A stretch of DNA of 64,000 nucleotides. Origin: a bacterium (GTDB lineage: Bacteria > SAR324 > XYD2-FULL-50-16). The stretch covers positions 1-64,000 of the forward strand of contig JAVVEA010000002.1 in assembly GCA_032250835.1 (NCBI GenBank), in the 5' to 3' direction. Below, in pieces: positions 59,685 through 64,000 of the stretch; position 1 is the first letter of the stretch, and each line of letters begins with the position of its first letter. Below the pieces are notes generated by a model. That model saw only the letters and a list, made by a program, of their open reading frames with translations, made no database searches and had not been told where the DNA came from. A program made the translations under genes and the position numbers.

Positions 59685-61923
59685 ACCTAACTCTTAGGAA
59701 AGACTCACTCAGTAACAAACCAATTCCGAATAGCCAAGGTATCTGGCCTAGGAGCACTACCCAAGGGAATCCATTTTTATATTCAAAACGCACCTGATGG
59801 CTTCCCGCTTTAAGGGGGAGGGCCTGGAAAGCGTAATTACCCCAATATAGGGTTGCTGGTTGTCCGTCCACATACACCTCCCAATCTTGATCGAAGTTCT
59901 CACTTCGTACTAGGTACCCGTCTACCTCTTGATCGACTTCTATGACTACTTGGCGAATCCCCGATAGTCCAGCGACCGGGGCTAGTGGCTCAAATCGAGT
60001 TCCGGGGCGAGAGGTCTTCGCTAGATCCGGTGGTATCTCATCGGGTTCGAAGAAAAAGACCTCGGTCGGATTTTCGGCCCGGTAGTAATCTAAAAGACTC
60101 TGAAGAGCGTTTGCTCGGCACTCCACTTGATTTAAACAGGTTTCGGGGACCACCCTGGCCCCATCGACCCAAAAAAAGATGGGGAAGTCATTGGCAAATA
60201 GCCGCTCGCGCGCCTTAAAACGCTCGGGCTGTTCCTGGTTCAGTCGTCTAAAGTCCGTGCGCGCTTCAAACACCAATTTCATTAACTGCTCAGTGCGCGG
60301 AGGGTAGTTGATGAAGTTGGGCTGGGCAGAGGTTACACAGGCCCTACGATGTTGCCATGGCCAACCAGGCTCATTTATCGGCGGAATAACACAGTCTCGT
60401 GTTTTTGGGTACCGGATTGGCGTAAGTTTTGGTGCCTGAAAATCCACTGCCAGTTTGTTTAAAGACGCTGTTTGGTGGATTGACTGGAGTGATAGCATCA
60501 AAATCAAAACTCCTGCCCAACGGAACCTCGGTGCCAGGAATGGCGTTAGTAGTCCGCTCCCGATCGCAGCCACCCCATACTGGAAATCGGCCCTAGACCA
60601 AAAGGGTAGTTCACTATTTGACCACAAGCAGCTTAAGAGCAGCAGGGCTCCTATTTCAATCCACAAAAACTGATGCCATCTGGTTTGCCTGCGCGCCCAG
60701 AGCGCAAAACCACTCCCAGCCAGCAAGACAACAAAAAGTGTAAAGAAATTCATCAAAAACAAATAGTGCCTCAACACGTTTAACAAAGGAATTCTGGACA
60801 AAACCTCAAACAAAGGGCCATTGCGGCCAATAAAAACCAGAAAAAAAAGCAGCGACATCAAGACTACGGCCTTGGTTTCCGCCCGACGCCAACCAGACAA
60901 CCCGACTAAACAAAAAAACAGGGAAAATCCCCCTAAATAATGCCATGCATGGAGCGGCGTATTAACCGAGCGATCCAACCAAATTGCGTTTAAATCGCTT
61001 GCCCGGCCATGGTGCCCCCTCACGCCTTCTGACAGCGAAAGGTCCGATTCCACGCTTTTCAGCCCCTGCTGGACTCCTCGATTATTCTGCTGTAACTTTT
61101 TGATTTGATGCAAATAAAACAAGTTTGGGCTCATCGCCAACAGCACCAAAAGAGCCGATAAGGCCAAAGCAATCTTAGAGCGCGAGATTCTAAACCAAAG
61201 GTTTGCAAGCTCCAATCCCCGCACCCCCGAAAGCATTCCGGCCAAGGCAAACCCGATGATTCCGATCAGAGGTCCGGTGGGAAAGTAGAAAAAGAGACTG
61301 TTGGCGGCAAATAAGGTACCTATAAGCAAGCTTTGGGGGCGTCCGGTCCTCAACCAACCTAGCAAGAACACCAGCGCCAGTGGGAAGGTTGCTACCTGGG
61401 CGGCAAAGGCTTGGATCATCGAATGGGGCAATAGATCCGAAAAAAGAGCCAATGCCAAAACGAACAGTGCGCCCCGCCCGCTCTTAAACAGAGTCCAAGA
61501 TAAAAACGCCAACCCTACAGATAAGGCCAATACTTGGTTTAAAACCATCAGATTGGCGATTTGCCCTGCCCCAACCTGATAGCCGCATACCCAGTGCATC
61601 AATGCCCAAAAGGGCACGTCTGAAAAAAGCCCAAAGGTGATTGGCCTGCCCAATCCGTTATACGGATTCCAGCCACTTAAAGACGCCCATGCCCCCAAAA
61701 GCCCCTGGTTGCCCACCAGAAACTGTACGTCCTCAAACAACAAAGCATAGCTAGACACATCATGGGTCAAACTGGCCGTTCCCAATACAAAAGAGAGCCG
61801 TAAAACCCCAAAAAAGGCTATCAATCCACTGATCCGCCTGGAGAGCCAACGATGATTTAAAAATCGAAAACTAAACCAAGCCCAAAACCCCAGCGTAGCA
61901 ATCCAAATCCCAGCAGCAATCAT
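59671..61923 (-). CDS. YfhO-family membrane protein (putative GT-C)
   Basis: WNPYNGLGRP, YLG loop motif, C-terminal YLVRSENFDQDWEVYVDG...NYAFQALPLKAGSHQVRFEY-TM. Confidence 0.82.
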   Translation of the reverse strand: MIAAGIWIATLGFWAWFSFRFLNHRWLSRRISGLIAFFGVLRLSFVLGTASLTHDVSSYALLFEDVQFLVGNQGLLGAWASLSGWNPYNGLGRPITFGLFSDVPFWALMHWVCGYQVGAGQIANLMVLNQVLALSVGLAFLSWTLFKSGRGALFVLALALFSDLLPHSMIQAFAAQVATFPLALVFLLGWLRTGRPQSLLIGTLFAANSLFFYFPTGPLIGIIGFALAGMLSGVRGLELANLWFRISRSKIALALSALLVLLAMSPNLFYLHQIKKLQQNNRGVQQGLKSVESDLSLSEGVRGHHGRASDLNAIWLDRSVNTPLHAWHYLGGFSLFFCLVGLSGWRRAETKAVVLMSLLFFLVFIGRNGPLFEVLSRIPLLNVLRHYLFLMNFFTLFVVLLAGSGFALWARRQTRWHQFLWIEIGALLLLSCLWSNSELPFWSRADFQYGVAAIGSGLLTPFLAPRFRWAGVLILMLSLQSIHQTASLNKLAVDFQAPKLTPIRYPKTRDCVIPPINEPGWPWQHRRACVTSAQPNFINYPPRTEQLMKLVFEARTDFRRLNQEQPERFKARERLFANDFPIFFWVDGARVVPETCLNQVECRANALQSLLDYYRAENPTEVFFFEPDEIPPDLAKTSRPGTRFEPLAPVAGLSGIRQVVIEVDQEVDGYLVRSENFDQDWEVYVDGQPATLYWGNYAFQALPLKAGSHQVRFEYKNGFPWVVLLGQIPWLFGIGLLLSESFLRVRYDKA

Positions 61924-61945
61924 TGTCCGGCCTCGGTTCTATCCA

Positions 61946-63238
61946 TTAGGTGGTGCGGTGCATCTGCTTTCGTTCAAATTGATAGGCCAACGCCAGCGAC
62001 ATAACTGCTAGCACCAGATTACAATAAAAAATAACATCCAATACGTTTAGCAAGCTCTGGTGTGATTGATATATCCAGACCACTTGAACAATGGCTCCAA
62101 TGAGCAATATAAAGATCGAAGCAAGACCCCCGCGAGCCATATTGTAGGTCATCAGGACCATCAACAAAGCCATAGGGAAAACAGCCATCACAAATTTGGG
62201 AATCAGCGCCACAGAGGTCAGAAATTTGGCCCCAAAGAGCATTGAAACGAGCATTTCAGAAAAAAAGAAAAAGGCCAGAGCCCCACTACCAGACAGTAAC
62301 GCCGTCAGACCCAAGGCTTTTATCAAAAGGTGAAAACTCCCTTCTTGCTTGGCACTGTTGGCTGCCACCATTGGGAATAAGGACAAAATCAAGGCTCCAG
62401 GCAGATACATCAGCGCCTTACTCACAATTGCGGCAGAGCTATAATAGCCCGCCTCTTCGGGGCTAAAGAGAGCTTTGACCAAAATTATATCCGACTGCGA
62501 AATCACCATAAACGCCGCATTGCCCATCAGCAGTGGCCAAACCTCTCGGAGCAGTTCCCGGCCCTTAATCGCACTAAAGGTGATCCCAAAGCGAAGGTTT
62601 TGTTTAATTTTCGGCACCACCAAGAAACTAGCCAAAAAAGTAGCTACGATCGTAGCGCCTAAAACCCCATTCAGCCCAAACCCCAATAACACAGCACTAG
62701 CACCGAAAACTACCCTCAAAACCGGAAACCCAGCGGCGATGGCCGAAAGGGTTCCGAAGGCCTGAAACCCTTGCAGCACGCCCGAATTGATCGGCATCGC
62801 CGTGTTGAATAAAAAGGCACCACACATGAATATCACCGGGAGAATCCCCGGGATTTGAAGGTAGGACGAAATTTGAGGTGATAGCATTGCGCCAATCAGG
62901 CTAACTACTAAGCCCACCAAGAAAATATTCCGGTAACTCCTCAGTATCAGACTATTGGCTATATCTCGTTCTTCTCGTGCTAGATGCTGCGAAATCCGTT
63001 TGGCAAGGTAGTGTGTGACCGTAGCAAAAGGCACCCCAGCAAGGGCCATAAAGGCAAAGAGAGCGTTCATGGCACCGTAATCGGACACACTCAACATGCG
63101 CCCCATCACCACCTGAAACAAATAAGAGAAAACATTCCCTAACATGGTACCGGAGAAGAGTACCATGGTTGAGCGCACCAGGGGGCTCTCCAATAATTTG
63201 GTAGCAAAAAACAATCTAACGGTTTGAGAGCGTTTCAT
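61946..63238 (-). CDS. wzx: Oligosaccharide flippase (Wzx/MOP superfamily)
   Basis: About 12 TMs, YLFQVVMGRML...YG, GVLQG, SDIILVK...AGYYSSA. Confidence 0.85.
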   Translation of the reverse strand: MKRSQTVRLFFATKLLESPLVRSTMVLFSGTMLGNVFSYLFQVVMGRMLSVSDYGAMNALFAFMALAGVPFATVTHYLAKRISQHLAREERDIANSLILRSYRNIFLVGLVVSLIGAMLSPQISSYLQIPGILPVIFMCGAFLFNTAMPINSGVLQGFQAFGTLSAIAAGFPVLRVVFGASAVLLGFGLNGVLGATIVATFLASFLVVPKIKQNLRFGITFSAIKGRELLREVWPLLMGNAAFMVISQSDIILVKALFSPEEAGYYSSAAIVSKALMYLPGALILSLFPMVAANSAKQEGSFHLLIKALGLTALLSGSGALAFFFFSEMLVSMLFGAKFLTSVALIPKFVMAVFPMALLMVLMTYNMARGGLASIFILLIGAIVQVVWIYQSHQSLLNVLDVIFYCNLVLAVMSLALAYQFERKQMHRTT

Positions 63239-63304
63239 GGCACCGAATTAAGGGATAAACGTTAAGGCGAGCCGCCCTTTGAACCTAAAGATTTACGGCT
63301 ATAC

Positions 63305-63751
63305 CTAAGGCAACAGGATCCAACGATCCTGGGCGACTCCTAGCAACCAACCGGTATAGCTGTAATATAGAGGATGTAAACCTGATGCCATATAGCTGCC
63401 CAGGTCAAAGCCGATATGGATCGTGAACGAAAAACCTAAAAGTAGCAATGGCCATGCCCTTTTGGAATACTTCCAACCGATCCACATCAGAGCTAAAGCC
63501 AGTTCCACACTGTGCAGAGGCAAAAAAGGGTATGGGCTATCAAACAAAGCTCCATCAAGCAACCTTTGAACCGCTATGGTGGGCTTGGTGATCAGATGTA
63601 TAAAATGATCACTATCAATACCCCAACTGCCTGCAAACACGACCAGCAAACCAGCCTTATTCCACCTATTATAGGCCAGTACGAACAAAGGGGCCGCCAC
63701 TGCCAAGTGCAGTAACATATGAGTTATCAAGAAGGTTTGATAACCGCTCAT
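63305..63751 (-). CDS. Small membrane-bound metal-dependent hydrolase-like protein
   Basis: HMLLH, IDSDH, PLHS, HIGFD motifs within TM segments. ATG 63751 is coupled (TGATG) to the upstream gene. Confidence 0.65.
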   Translation of the reverse strand: MSGYQTFLITHMLLHLAVAAPLFVLAYNRWNKAGLLVVFAGSWGIDSDHFIHLITKPTIAVQRLLDGALFDSPYPFLPLHSVELALALMWIGWKYSKRAWPLLLLGFSFTIHIGFDLGSYMASGLHPLYYSYTGWLLGVAQDRWILLP

Positions 63752-64000
63752 CACCTTTTTCTGGTCAAAAACTTTAACCCCACCATAAACCGCAGGAAGT
63801 ACATTCCCAGGCTCAAAAAAGGGTGAGCAGCAAGGCGCAGCCACTTGCCATGCTCGATAAAGACCCCGCAAAACCGGTAAGCGGGGCTGAATTGCCGCCG
63901 GATGTCCGGGTCGTCGGCTCCCCATTTTTGAATATATCCGTCAAAGGATTGGGCGTAGTAGCCTTTCTTTTTGAGGTAGGCCGTAAGGTCAAATTCAGCC
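63751..64000 (-). CDS. C-terminal end of a probable GT2 glycosyltransferase (runs off right edge)
   Basis: Not in ORF track. Manual translation ...AEFDLTAYLKKKGYYAQSFDGYIQKWGADDPDIRRQFSPAYRFCGVFIEHGKWLRLAAHPFLSLGMYFLRFMVGLKFLTRKR*, resembling the C-terminus of a GT2 subfamily. Confidence 0.65.
   Translation of the reverse strand, partial: AEFDLTAYLKKKGYYAQSFDGYIQKWGADDPDIRRQFSPAYRFCGVFIEHGKWLRLAAHPFLSLGMYFLRFMVGLKFLTRKR

Noticed and set aside
63752-63925. N-terminal 58 aa extension of the 206 aa ORF in the track
   Set aside because: It overlaps the real upstream gene in another frame; the TGATG-coupled start at 63751 fits better.
1-64000. Secreted aminoglycoside-type antibiotic cluster, CRISPR array, prophage, tRNA or rRNA
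   Set aside because: No DOI synthase, resistance gene, exporter or regulator was seen; Wzx, polyprenol-P GT2 and GT-C proteins point to envelope glycans. No repeat-spacer array, phage genes or structural RNA patterns were seen.

Overview
The whole 64 kb window is one bacterial cell-surface glycan/glycoconjugate biosynthesis and modification locus, open at both ends: partial ugd on the left, partial GT2 on the right. About 50 genes, mostly on the minus strand, with four plus-strand blocks. Ordinary parts are a Wzx flippase, five GT4s, two GT2s, WecE- and ArnB/DegT-type aminotransferases, a WecD-like GNAT, a WbqC protein, two RfbE-like SDR epimerases and a GDP-heptose-type kinase/isomerase/nucleotidyltransferase set. 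The unusual part is the density of tailoring enzymes and large membrane proteins. There are nine radical SAM proteins (six of B12-binding architecture, one of them with an HpnJ-like N-terminus, and three SPASM/twitch type), six class I methyltransferases plus a Trm112-like protein, two tandem NodU/CmcH carbamoyltransferases and an SGNH protein. About seven large GT-C/YfhO-like polytopic membrane proteins carry mixed extracytoplasmic modules: PAN/apple domains, a shared 'PR[IL]FND' domain and YfhO-type C-termini. A separate membrane protein carries a LamG domain. A decayed IS3-family orfA fragment and several sigma70-like promoters were read directly from the DNA. No rRNA, tRNA or CRISPR array was seen. 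All family calls come from motif recognition by eye; no database search was run.
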